A stretch of DNA of 64,000 bases from assembly GCA_950097015.1 (NCBI GenBank), contig CATNEN010000001.1, positions 17,546,001-17,610,000 on the forward strand. Reading direction: 5' to 3'. Below the pieces are notes generated by a model, which worked only from the letters and a program-made list of their open reading frames with translations, was not told the DNA's origin and did no database searches. This stretch comes from Macrostomum hystrix. Lineage: Eukaryota; Animalia; Platyhelminthes. The position numbers and the translations under genes were made by a program. Positions 11,978 through 23,899 of this stretch are shown here, piece after piece. Position 1 is the first letter of the stretch. Each line of letters starts with the position of its first letter.

Positions 11978-12385
11978 ATGTCTGCGAGAAGGAAGACCCA
12001 AATTCCGATGGCCGAGTATTCGCGAATAATCGGCAGCGCCGTCCGCAGGGCTATTCATGATGTTATAGCCGCCATCGTAGACGGTTGCGGCGGCGTCTGC
12101 GAACTAATGTGGCTGGCCTATCAGGCGCTCCCAACGGCCGGGATCGATGAGATCATGCTGCTGTTGGCCGGTTACCATAACCGGCACGCGGCAATCCAAG
12201 CCACACCCGGCATTAACATCGTTGAGATGCAAGAAGGGGCCTATTATGTACTTCAGGGCCCGCCCACGCAGCAGCGAGTTCGGGACTTGCTGGCAGCTCA
12301 GGGCATCGAGCTACCAGAGCCCGCAGGTTGGTGGCAGCAGCTAGGCTCCAAATCAGGCTACGACAGCATGTCTGATTCCGAGTGA
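11978..12385 (+). CDS. 135-aa orphan protein, array copy 10
   Basis: Same ORF as the other copies. Confidence 0.55.
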   Translation: MSARRKTQIPMAEYSRIIGSAVRRAIHDVIAAIVDGCGGVCELMWLAYQALPTAGIDEIMLLLAGYHNRHAAIQATPGINIVEMQEGAYYVLQGPPTQQRVRDLLAAQGIELPEPAGWWQQLGSKSGYDSMSDSE

Positions 12386-13073
12386 GCTTCCCGAACACGG
12401 CTTCCCTAATTTTAAATCCCTACTTCAAAATCCCTAATTTCTTGCATTTCTTAATTTCTTGAAAAAAGACTTGCATTTTGTATTTTTTTTGCTGTATACT
12501 GTATTGCCGATTTGGCTCTTCTTCTGCTTCTTTTCTTGCCCCCGTGTTGTCAATCTCATCCTGCTAAGCACCTCCATATTATGCACACTTTCTTCCTATT
12601 GTATATATCACAGAAACAATTACATTTTATCTTGTCTTGCTTATCATGTTGTATATAATCATTATGTTGTCAATTATTAAATATTACTATCTATGTTGTC
12701 TTCCACACCAATCAAACACCTCTGCGCTGTAACATATTTTAGTTTTTTAATCCCTTAATGTGATTGCGTTTTTTGTTTTAAGTAAAATGTGCTTTTAGGG
12801 CTTAAGCAAATAGCTCTTTGTTAACGAACAACTCTTCATATACGTTTGATTTTTTTAAAGTAATAGTTTTAGGGCTAAATTAGGATGTATTATAATTTGA
12901 ATACTACCAAGCTAGAAAATCAAATTTTCCATTTTATACTACTAATTAGTAGAGTCATAGAGCAGATTATGAAATATTACCACTGGTTGCTTTGTTTAAG
13001 GAAATAGATAGCATGCTTTATTACGTGCTTTGCACAGGCCTAAATTCATAATTAATTTTCTTTTCAGCAAACC

Positions 13074-13481
13074 ATGTCTGCGAGAAGGAAGACCCAAATT
13101 CCGATGGCCGAGTATTCGCGAATAATCGGCAGCGCCGTCCGCAGGGCTATTCATGATGTTATAGCCGCCATCGTAGACGGTTGCGGCGGCGTCTGCGAAC
13201 TAATGTGGCTGGCCTATCAGGCGCTCCCAACGGCCGGGATCGATGAGATCATGCTGCTGTTGGCCGGTTACCATAACCGGCACGCGGCAATCCAAGCCAC
13301 ACCCGGCATTAACATCGTTGAGATGCAAGAAGGGGCCTATTATGTACTTCAGGGCCCGCCCACGCAGCAGCGAGTTCGGGACTTGCTGGCAGCTCAGGGC
13401 ATCGAGCTACCAGAGCCCGCAGGTTGGTGGCAGCAGCTAGGCTCCAAATCAGGCTACGACAGCATGTCTGATTCCGAGTGA
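13074..13481 (+). CDS. 135-aa orphan protein, array copy 11
   Basis: Same ORF as the other copies. Confidence 0.55.
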   Translation: MSARRKTQIPMAEYSRIIGSAVRRAIHDVIAAIVDGCGGVCELMWLAYQALPTAGIDEIMLLLAGYHNRHAAIQATPGINIVEMQEGAYYVLQGPPTQQRVRDLLAAQGIELPEPAGWWQQLGSKSGYDSMSDSE

Positions 13482-14167
13482 GCTTCCCGAACACGGCTTC
13501 CCTAATTTTAAATCCCTACTTCAAAATCCCTAATTTCTTGCATTTCTTAATTTCTTGAAAAAAGACTTGCATTTTGTATTTTTTTGCTGTATACTGTATT
13601 GCCGATTTGGCTCTTCTTCTGCTTCTTTTCTTGCCCCCGTGTTGTCAATCTCATCCTGCTAAGCACCTCCATATTATGCACACTTTCTTCCTATTGTATA
13701 TATCACAGAAACAATTACATTTTATCTTGTCTTGCTTATCATGTTGTATATAATCATTATGTTGTCAATTATTAAATATTACTATCTATGTTGTCTTCCA
13801 CACCAATCAAACACCTCTGCGCTGTAACATATTTTAGTTTTTTAATCCCTTAATGTGATTGCGTTTTTTGTTTTAAGTAAAATGTGCTTTTAGGGCTTAA
13901 GCAAATAGCTCTTTGTTAAGGAAACAACTTCATATTTGTTAGATTTTTTAAAGTAAAAGTTTTAGGGCTAAATTAGGATGTATTATAATTTGAATACTAC
14001 CAAGCTAGAAAATCAAATTTTCCATTTTATACTACTAATTAGTAGAGTCATAGAGCAGATTATGAAATATTACCCCTGGTTGCTTTGTTTAAGGAAAAAA
14101 GATAGCATGCTTTATTACGTGCTTTGCACAGGCCGAAATTCATAATTAATTTTCTTTTCAGCAAACC

Positions 14168-14575
14168 ATGTCTGCGAGAAGGAAGACCCAAATTCCGATG
14201 GCCGAGTATTCGCGAATAATCGGCAGCGCCGTCCGCAGGGCTATTCATGATGTTATAGCCGCCATCGTAGACGGTTGCGGCGGCGTCTGCGAACTAATGT
14301 GGCTGGCCTATCAGGCGCTCCCAACGGCCGGGATCGATGAGATCATGCTGCTGTTGGCCGGTTACCATAACCGGCACGCGGCAATCCAAGCCACACCCGG
14401 CATTAACATCGTTGAGATGCAAGAAGGGGCCTATTATGTACTTCAGGGCCCGCCCACGCAGCAGCGCGTTCGGGACTTGCTGGCAGCTCAGGGCATCGAG
14501 CTACCAGAGCCCGCAGGTTGGTGGCAGCAGCTAGGCTCCAAATCAGGCTACGACAGCATGTCTGATTCCGAGTGA
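14168..14575 (+). CDS. 135-aa orphan protein, array copy 12
   Basis: Same ORF with one synonymous CGA>CGC change. Confidence 0.55.
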   Translation: MSARRKTQIPMAEYSRIIGSAVRRAIHDVIAAIVDGCGGVCELMWLAYQALPTAGIDEIMLLLAGYHNRHAAIQATPGINIVEMQEGAYYVLQGPPTQQRVRDLLAAQGIELPEPAGWWQQLGSKSGYDSMSDSE

Positions 14576-15258
14576 GCTTCCCGAACACGGCTTCCCTAAT
14601 TTTAAATCCCTACTTCAAAATCCCTAATTTCTTGCATTTCTTAATTTCTTGAAAAAAGACGCATTTTGTATTTTTTTGCTGTATACTGTATTGCCGATTT
14701 GGCTCTTCTTCTGCTTCTTTTCTTGCCCCCGTGTTGTCAATCTCATCCTGCTAAGCACCTCAATATTATGCACACTTTCTTCCTATTGTATATATCACAG
14801 AAACAATTACATTTTATCTTTTCTTGTTTATCATGTTGTATATAATCATTATGTTGTCAATTATTAAATATTACTATCTATGTTGTCTTCCACACCAATC
14901 AAACACCTCTGCGCTGTAACATATTTTAGTTTTTTATCCCTTAATGTGATTGCGTTTTTTGTTTCAAGTAAAATGTGCTTTTAGGGCTTAAGCAAATAGC
15001 TCTTTGTTAAGGAAACAACTCTTCATATTCGTTAGATTTTTTAAAGTAAAAGTTTTAGGGCTAAATTAGGATGTATTATAATTTGAATACTACCAAGCTA
15101 GAAAATCAAAGTTTCCATTTTATACTACTAATTAGTAGAGTCAGAGCAGATTGTGAAATATTACCCCTGGTTGCTTTGTTTAAGGAAAAAAGATAGCATG
15201 CTTTATTACGTGCTTTGCACAGGCCGAAATTCATAATTAATTTTCTTTTCAGCAAACC

Positions 15259-15666
15259 ATGTCTGCGAGAAGGAAGACCCAAATTCCGATGGCCGAGTAT
15301 TCGCGAATAATCGGCAGCGCCGTCCGCAGGGCTATTCATGATGTTATAGCCGCCATCGTAGACGGTTGCGGCGGCGTCTGCGAACTAATGTGGCTGGCCT
15401 ATCAGGCGCTCCCAACGGCCGGGATCGATGAGATCATGCTGCTGTTGGCCGGTTACCATAACCGGCACGCGGCAATCCAAGCCACACCCGGCATTAACAT
15501 CGTTGAGATGCAAGAAGGGGCCTATTATGTACTTCAGGGCCCGCCCACGCAGCAGCGAGTTCGGGACTTGCTGGCAGCTCAGGGCATCGAGCTACCAGAG
15601 CCCGCAGGTTGGTGGCAGCAGCTAGGCTCCGAATCAGGCTACGACAGCATGTCTGATTCCGAGTGA
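15259..15666 (+). CDS. 135-aa orphan protein, array copy 13
   Basis: Same ORF as the other copies. Confidence 0.55.
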   Translation: MSARRKTQIPMAEYSRIIGSAVRRAIHDVIAAIVDGCGGVCELMWLAYQALPTAGIDEIMLLLAGYHNRHAAIQATPGINIVEMQEGAYYVLQGPPTQQRVRDLLAAQGIELPEPAGWWQQLGSESGYDSMSDSE

Positions 15667-16390
15667 GCTTCCCGAACACGGCTTCCCTAATTTTAAATCC
15701 CTACTTCAAAATCCCTAATTTCTTGCATTTCTTAATTTCTTGAAAAAAGACTTGCATTTTGTATTTTTTTGCTGTATACTGTATTGCCGATTTGGCTCTT
15801 CTTCTGCTTCTTTTCTTGCCCCCGTGTTGTCAATCTCATCATGCTAAGCACCTCAATATTATGCACACTTTCTTCCTATTGTATATATCACAGAAACAAT
15901 TACATTTTATCTTTTCTTGTTTATCATGTTGTATATAATCATTATGTTGTCAATTATTAAATATTACTATCTATGTTGTCTTCCACACCAATCAAACACC
16001 TCTGTGCTGTAACATATTTTAGTTTTTTATCCCTTAATGTGATTGCGTTTTTTGTTTCAAGTAAAATGTGCTTTTAGGGCTTAAGCAAATAGCTCTTTGT
16101 TAACGAACAACTCTTCATATACGTTTGATTTTTTTAAAGTAATAGTTTTAGGGCTAAATTAGGATGTATTATAATTTGAATACTACCAAGCTAGAAAATC
16201 AAATTTTCCATTTTATACTACTAATTAGTAGAGTCATAGAGCAGATTATGAAATATTACCACTGGTTGCTTTGTTTAAGGAAAAAGATAGCATGCTTTAT
16301 TACGTGCTTTGCACAGGCCTAAATTCATAATTAATTTTCTTTTCAGCAAACCATGTCTGCGAGAAGGAAGACCCAATTTCCGAAAAAGAT

Positions 16391-18430
16391 GTGCCCAGTG
16401 ACGCCGCTGCCTGGTGCAATCCTGGAAAATTCGACTTGGTCGAAATCAGCCGAAGCCAGTTTTAACCTGAAGCGCAGCAGTTGTTCTACACCTATACGCG
16501 GGAGGTCACCACAGAGCAGTAGAGGTCATCTAAGAGCAGTACAGCACCACAGTGAGCAGCGGCTCGGACTACCTTCGGCCCCAAACAAAGCAAGGTAATT
16601 ATTGTTCTTTGGCGTTTTTTCATTCCATTACTTATTATTAATGGAAGAGTTTTTATAACTGTATTATAAAAAACTGTTATTCCATGCTGCTTTTTAATTA
16701 TATTCATAATCTAGGTCAAATCGAGGCGTGAGAAAAAATAAAGTGTGCAGAAGGACGGGTAGAGTAAGGAGATGGAGAGAGATAAAGTGATAAGAGGGAG
16801 AGAGTAATAGAGTGAGGGGATGGAGACAGGAAGGGTGAGGATAATGAGAGGGGGTAGAGTGAGGAGAGGTAGGGTGATCAGAAGAAATGGGTGGGAAGTA
16901 GGGAGCAATAAGTAGGGAATAGTAAAGTGAGCAGACTGAGAGGGGATATAAAGGAGGAGAAATAGGTGGGTAGAGTTAGAAAAGAGAGGGGTGAGTAGGG
17001 AGAGAAATATGGGTATAGTGGGGAGAGAATGAGAGGTAGATTGAAGAAGTATAGTCTTCGAGTCAGCGGAGAGAGTCGGGTAGAGTGAGAAAAGAGAGGC
17101 GGTTTGGCGAGGCGTAGAGTAAAGAGTGATGTATATATGTAGAGTGACGAGTTGGTAGACAAGTAGAGTGACAGAATAAAAAGAAATCCTGTGAGGAGAT
17201 GGAGACGAAAGTAGTGGTGATAATGAGAGGGGTAGAATTTGGAGAGAGAAGGCGATAAAAGAAGAACAAAATCTGAAGTTTGTTTATTAGTTTACCTGCC
17301 AATATGTGCGACTTTTGGCACACTGAAAGATGGAGCTATTATGAATTGATTTTGTCGGAGTATATGGCCATTACTGTGTACAAGAGTTGCTTTATGTTTT
17401 ATATTCTGATAGTGAGAGGCAAACTATTACCTATCAGCCTGTGATTGAAAGTCTTGCCATATTTAAGTTCACTTAACTGTACATCACTTAACACATAGCA
17501 AATGAGTTACTTTTGGCAGATGTGAAGTACTGTTTTGTTTATGCTCAAAAAGGCAAGATTTTTTGTGATATTTAAACGGATATAGTGACCCTTCATTCAG
17601 TTTGCCTTATAATAATTATTTTTCGCAATGAATACTTTCAGATGGAAAATATTATTACTGACATGCCATGAGATTACACCACTTAAAGTAGGGGAATTCG
17701 CGCATGCAAATGTCTAATCTGGTTTTTAGGAAAATTTTTAGAAAAAATAAAAGCCAATCATTTATTGTTCCTGCGTGAATGTTACCTGTGCAAATAAATA
17801 TTATAGGTGTATTGCTGTATATTGTAAACTCATACGTTCTTCTCACTCTCTTTTTTTCTCACGCTCGGCGCTTTATGGAAGTACTTCCGGAGCCAAAGGC
17901 GAGTTCGACAACGTGTACAGACGCAACTGAAGAATCAGAACCGGCTGAACAACATGTGAGTTACCAAGCGGGTTTTTTCGTCAACTCAGAGTGGCTTTGG
18001 GCGGAGTTGATGTGGGGCGGGTTCACCTCACGCGGAGTAATTTTGGGCGAAGTGATTTTAGGCGGATGTCTTTACTAGGAAGGTGAACTCACGGCGAGTG
18101 ACTTGAGGCGGAGTGACTTCAGGCGGAGTGACTTCAGGCGAAGGAGCTCTTCTTGTAGAGGCTTTGGGCGGAGTTGATTTGGGGCGGGTTAACCTCACGC
18201 TTAGCTTAGGCGGATGTCTTTACTAGGAGGGTGAACTCACGGCGAGTGACTTCAGGCGGAGTGACTTCAGGCGGAGTGACTTCAGGCGGAGTGACTTCAG
18301 GCGGAGTGACTTCAGGCGGAGTGACTTCAGGCGGAGTGACTTCAGGCGGAGTGACTTCAGGCGAAGGAGCTCTTCTTGTAGTGGCTTTGGGCGGAGTGGA
18401 TTTGGGGCGGGTTTACCTCACGCAGATATT
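16391..18430 (+). repeat. Segmental duplicate, copy 1 (paralog of ~22025-23757): decayed exons and a purine-rich intron-like tract
   Basis: Colinear similarity from GCCCAGTGACGCCGCTGCC onward; both copies have donor sites AAG|GTAATT and CAT|GTGAGT and a GA-rich tract (~16735-17260). Confidence 0.85.
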
Positions 18431-18940
18431 TTGGGCGGAGAGAGCTTAGGCGGATGACTTTATTAGGAGGGTGAACTCACGGCGAGTGACTTCAGGCGGA
18501 GTGACTTCAGGCGGAGTGACTTCAGGCGGAGTGACTTCAGGCGGAGTGACTTCAGGCGGAGTGACTTCAGGCGGAGTGACTTCAGGCGGAGTGACTTCAG
18601 GCGGAGTGACTTCAGGCGAAGGGGTTTTTTGTAGTGGCTTTGGGCGGAGTTGATTTGAGGCGAGTTTAACTAACGCGGAGTGTTTTTTTGCGGAGTTAGT
18701 TTAGGTGGATCGTATTTATTTGGAGAGTGAACTCGCGGCGAGTGACTTCAGGCGGAGTGAGTTTAGGCGGAGTGACTTTATTCGGAGCGGCTTTGGGCGG
18801 AGTGGCTTTGGGCGGAGCTGATTTGTGTGGGTTACATCACGCAGAGATTTTGGATGGAGGGAGCTTAGGTGGAGGTCTTTACTAGGAGGGTGGACTCACG
18901 GCGAGTGACTTCAGGCGGAGTGACTACAGGCGGAGTGACT
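18095..18940 (+). repeat. 15-bp minisatellite (GAGTGACTTCAGGCG)n embedded in a larger degenerate repeat
   Basis: Runs of about 8-9 units at ~18244-18363 and ~18484-18618, with shorter degenerate runs nearby. Confidence 0.92.
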
Positions 18941-19009
18941 ATTCGGTGCGGCTTTAGCCGGAGCTGATTTGGGCAGGTTTACCTCTTTTACCTTACAGAT
19001 CCTTACCTT

Positions 19010-19125
19010 ACCGATAGATAAGGATAGACAGACATACAGATGGAGATAAACGAACAGACAGATAGGCAGATGGATAGATAGGGATAGACAGATATACAGA
19101 CAGATAGAGATAGACGTACAGAAAC
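19010..19125 (+). repeat. Degenerate (GATA/GACA)n microsatellite
   Basis: Visible GATAGACAGA-type repeats. Confidence 0.7.
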
Positions 19126-20330
19126 ATTATTAGTATTGAAAAACACTTACTGATCATTAACGTCTTTAAAATTATCCTGAAATACTATTTCTTGTTTGTT
19201 CCTTCACAGCTGGATGCATCGAAGTACTGCGTGTGAAGCACTTCTCGGCACTTGTAATTGTGTCCGCTCTGCTGATGCTAGCGTACAATGCAACCCTGAC
19301 GTAGCCGACTATGGCATGATGACTATACCAACAGAGAGCGTGCCCAAAGCAAAAGCCACGACGCCGAGACCCCCCGAATGCTAAACGCATTCGCCTGGAA
19401 GAAGTAAACAGAAAACAGAAACCCAGCGAGAAACCCGCAGCATCAGAGAGCGTGCGCAAAGCAAAAGCTTCGACGAGTGGCGCTGCAGATGCTGAAACAC
19501 GCGCCGAAAAGCGGAATCTGTCGATCGATTGAGCTAGCAGCTAGCCAAGCGTTCTGAAACCTGTCGCCAACTGCGCGTCGACGACGCCGTTCTCCACAAT
19601 GGGCCTCACACCCAATAAAATCCAATACCACCAAGCAAGGAAGGGAGCGATAATTAAGGATCTTATAGTTCGGCATCCCCGACTCCGTTTCGCCAACCAA
19701 TTCGAGCTAGATCTAGATGAGGCGATCCCCAGCTGCTTAAATCGCTGGATGGAAAAGCAGATACAGCCAAACAATTAGAAGAATTTTGTTTCGATGTACA
19801 TTTTTTTAAATCGCCTTGCCTCTGTCTGATCTCTGTCGCTTTTTGTGAGGGTAATTAGTAACAGACATGTTAATATTTTATTTCTGGTTTGTCTGGTCTC
19901 TTTGTTCAAGTACAAATGTGACTCAAATTTTGCTTGCTTAATATCCTTTAACTGATGTTTTTCGTTTTCTTCTTTTTCTTATTGCCGTAAACCTAAATCG
20001 ATTGAACAGTAGTAACTTTTACAAGTTAGTTAGTTAACTAAACAAGGACGCTAACCCAAAGCCTGACCCTGGCCCTGCCAGTTATAACTTAGTTAGTCAG
20101 TGAGTTCAGTGAGTAACTTAGGAAGCACTTTAGACCCTGCTAGCAGCAATTTAAGTAAGTCAGTATGTAATCTAGTAAGCATTTTAATAAGCTTTTTGGT
20201 AGGCGGCGCAATATATCTACCCGGCTAAATCCCTCTAGATTATTTCGACGCTCTCTACACTTTGCTTGAATTGAGAAAATTTAAACAAGCTTTGTACTTA
20301 ACCGAATAAAACATGCCTACTTTCAGATCA

Positions 20331-20768
20331 ATGGAGCCAGCTATTCTGCCGATCGCTGTCAAAAGACAAGTGAGAAGAAAAATTCTGAAGCTCGTTATTT
20401 TTTCTGGACCCGGCAGCTCATCACCCATAAAACCAAGTCTAAAAAACTTTAGGAGTTACATTGCGAACACATTTATAAGCTCGCTTATTCGAGAGGCCCT
20501 CGCGTATAACTCCTTATCATTTGTAAATTTTTGGAGATGCGAGTATTGCCAAGCTTGGCGCCACTGCTACCAGCAGGCTGCTCCGGATTCGCTCCGGACC
20601 ATTTCGTCCACAGTGAAGGCGATGCCACAGCCTGAAAGTCTCGCCCTCCCTTCGGAAAGCAACGATTCGGAGGACGATACCAAAAGGTTGGCCGAACTTA
20701 TTTATTTTACCTATACATTATATAGTATTTTAGTGTCTCAGATAACCGACTGTCCTATCTTTTTGTGA
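20331..20768 (+). CDS. Unknown protein with an 'LVxxxGPGSxxPxxPS' motif (paralog of 38812); likely first coding exon of a spliced gene
   Basis: ATG follows a TTTCAG acceptor; KILKLVIFSGPGSSSPIKPSLKNFRSYI aligns with the 38812 ORF at 14/28 identities. Confidence 0.5.
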   Translation: MEPAILPIAVKRQVRRKILKLVIFSGPGSSSPIKPSLKNFRSYIANTFISSLIREALAYNSLSFVNFWRCEYCQAWRHCYQQAAPDSLRTISSTVKAMPQPESLALPSESNDSEDDTKRLAELIYFTYTLYSILVSQITDCPIFL

Positions 20769-21158
20769 TTCAGGCAAAAGCGTCTTGGGCTTTTGCCCGA
20801 AAAGTAAGTATCATTAGCAAATATGAGAGATTATAGATAGCTGATAGCTGAGATTATAGATCTGCTTAATCAACCTCATTATCTCCTTTATGTGCGTCTA
20901 ATTCTATGTATTTCTTAAACAACAGTGCAACTGGTGCGAGTGACGATTGCAGCAGCGATTCGAATACAAGGAAACGGAATTATAATTCCAGGTGAGAAAA
21001 CAAGAAACTTGTGTTTAAATCAGCGAAGGAGTGGAAAAAGGTCATTTTATTAGTGTAGAAATATTTCTAACATGAGACTAACATGAGTTAAATAGTTATC
21101 TAAGAATGAGTTAACATTGTGCGTCTTTTTCCCCATTTTTTATCAAATTCCACAGTTT

Positions 21159-23757
21159 CCACGACGCCGACAACCCCCCGAATGCTAAACGCATTCGCCT
21201 GCAAGAATTAAACAGAAAACAGTCTGCCAGCGAGAAACCCGCAGCTTCAGAGAGCGTGCGAAAAGCAAAAGCTTCGACGAGTGGCGCTGCAGATGCTGAA
21301 ACAAGCGCCGAAAAGCGGAATCTGTCGATCGATTGAGCTAGCAGCTAGCCAAGCGTTCTGAAACCAGCCAAACAAAGAAGACTTTTGTTTCGTCGTAATT
21401 GACTACCGCTTGTCGCTTTTTCAATAAAAAATTTTTCGATGTACATTTTTTAAATCGCCCCGCCTCTGTCTGATCTCTGTCGCTTTTTGTGAGGGTAATT
21501 AGTAACAGACATGTTAATATTTTATTTCTGGTTTGTCTGGTACAATTATGTTCAATATGTTGAAGTACAAATGTGCCTCAAATTTTGCTTGCTTAATATC
21601 TTTTAAGTGATGTTTTTCGTTTTCTTCTTTTTCTTATTGCCGTAGTTACAAGTTAGTTAGTTAACTAAACAAGGACCCTAACCCAAAGCCTGACACTGGC
21701 CCTGCCAGTTATAACTTAGTTAGTCAGTTAGTAACTTAGGAAGCACTTTAGACCCTGCTAGCAGCAATTTAAGTAAGTCAGTATGTAATCTAGTAAGCAT
21801 TTTAATAAGCTTTTTGGTAGGCGGCGCAATATATCTACCCGTCTAAATCCATCAAGATTATTTCGACGCTCTCTACACTTTGCTTGAATTGAGAAAATTT
21901 AAATAAGCTTTGTACTTAACCGAATAAAACATGCCTACTTTCAGATCAATGGAGCCAGCTATTCTGCCGATCGCTGTCAGAAGAGAAGTAGAAAGAAAAA
22001 TACTGAAAATAATGAAAAAATATCTGCCCAGTGACGCCGCTGCCTGGTGCATCAGCCGAAGCCAGCTTTAACCTGAAGCGCAGCAGTTGTTCTACACCTA
22101 TACGCGGGAGGTCAGCACAGAGCAGTAGAGATCACCATAGAGCAGTAGAGCACCACAGTGAGAAGCGGCTCGGACTACCTCCGGCCCCAAACAAAGCAAG
22201 GTAATTATTGTTATTTGGCTATTACTTGGCTATTTTTCATTCCATTACTTGCAGTTATTCCATGCTGTTTTTTAATTATATTCATAATCTAGGTCAAATC
22301 GAGGCGTGAGATAAAGTGTGCAGAAGGACGGGTAGAGTAAAGAGATGGAGAGAGGTAAAGTGATAAGAGAGAGTAATAGAGTGAGGGGATGGAGACAGGA
22401 AGGGTGAGGATAATGAGAGGGGTAGAGTGGGGAGACGTAGGGTGATCAGAAGAAAATGGGTGGGAAGTAGGGAGCGATTAGTAGGGAATAGTAAAGTGAG
22501 CAGAGGGGAGATAAAGGAGGAGAAATGGGTGGGTAGAGTTTGAAAAGAGGTGAGTAGGGAGAGAAATATGGGTATAGTGGGGAGAGAATAAGAGGTAGAT
22601 TGAAGAAGTAGAGTCTTCGAGTCAGCGGAGAGAGTCGGGTAGAGTGAGAAAAGAGAGGCGGTTGGCGAGGCGTAGTGTAAAGAGTGATGCATATATATAG
22701 AGTGACGAGTTTGGTAGACAAGTAGAGTGACAGAATAAAAAGAAATCCTGTGAGGAGATGGAGACGAAAGTAGTGGTGATAATGAGAGGGGTAGAATTTG
22801 GAGAGAGAAGGCGATAAAAGAAGAACAAAATCTGAAGTTTGTTTATTAGTTTACCTGCCAATATGTGCGACTTTTGGCACACTGAAAGATGGAGCTATTA
22901 TGAATTGATTTTGTCGGATTATATGGCCATTACTGTGTACAAGAGTTGCTTTATGTTTCATATTCTGATAGTGAGAGGCAAACTATTACCTAGCAGCCTA
23001 TGATTGAAAGTGTTGCCATATTTAATCACTTAACTGTACATCACTTAACACATAGCAAATGTGTTACTTTTGGGAGATGTGAAGTACTGTATGTTTATGC
23101 TCAAAAAGGCAAGATTTTTTGTGATATTTAAACGGATATAGTGACCCTTCATACAGTTTGCTTTATAATAATTATTTTTCGTAATGAATACTTTCAGATA
23201 GAAAATATTATTACTGACGTGCCATGAAATTACACCACTTTAAGTAGGGGAATTCGCGCATGTAAATGTCTAATCTGGTTTTTAGGAAAATCTGAGAAAA
23301 AATAAAAACCAATCATTTATTGTTCCTGCATGAATGCTACCTGTGCAAATAAATATTATAGGTGTATTGCAATATAGTTTAAACTCATACGTTATTCTCA
23401 CTCTCTTTTTTTCTCACGCTCGGCGCTTTGAGGAAGTACTTCCGGAGCCAAAGGCGAGTTCGACAACGTGTACAGACGCAACTGAAGAACCAGAACCGGC
23501 TGAACAACATGTGAGTTACCAAGCGGGTTTTTTCGTCAATTCAGAGTGGCTTTGGGCGGAGTTGATTTTGGCAGGTTCACCTCACGCGGAGTAATTTTGG
23601 GCGAAGTGAGTTTAGGCGGATGTCTTTACTAGGAGGGTGAACTCACGGCGAGTGACTTGAGGTGGAGTGACTTCAGGCGGAGTGACGTTAGGCGAAGGGG
23701 CTATTTTTGGAGTGGCTTTGGGCGGAGTGGATTTGGGGCGGGTTTACCTCACGCAGA
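21159..23757 (+). repeat. Segmental duplicate, copy 2 (mosaic of ~19357-20400 and ~16391-18430)
   Basis: Near-identical blocks are recognisable by direct comparison. Confidence 0.85.
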
Positions 23758-23899
23758 TGGTATTGATATTTTAAACGGTATCCATTCGTACTACAGTAAA
23801 TAGTATATGGCTGTCGTCGGTGTCCCAAAAGACTTGAGCACAATTTATCGTGTCGGATTCAATTGAATATCAATCTAGAAATGATTTCCCACACGACTG

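Larger units (their letters stand above)
743..16383 (+). repeat. Tandem array of a ~1,093-bp gene-containing unit (13 complete ORF copies plus partial copies at both ends)
   Basis: Near-identical ORF starts at 1620, 2713, 3805, 4898, 6250, 7344, 8699, 9791, 10884, 11978, 13074, 14168, 15259 and 16353 (truncated). Each unit is a GC-rich ORF plus an AT-rich spacer. Confidence 0.97.

Noticed and set aside
16711-17323. Leu/Ser/Pro-rich minus-strand ORFs (also 22294-22882)
   Set aside because: Artefacts of a purine-rich, stop-poor intron-like tract.
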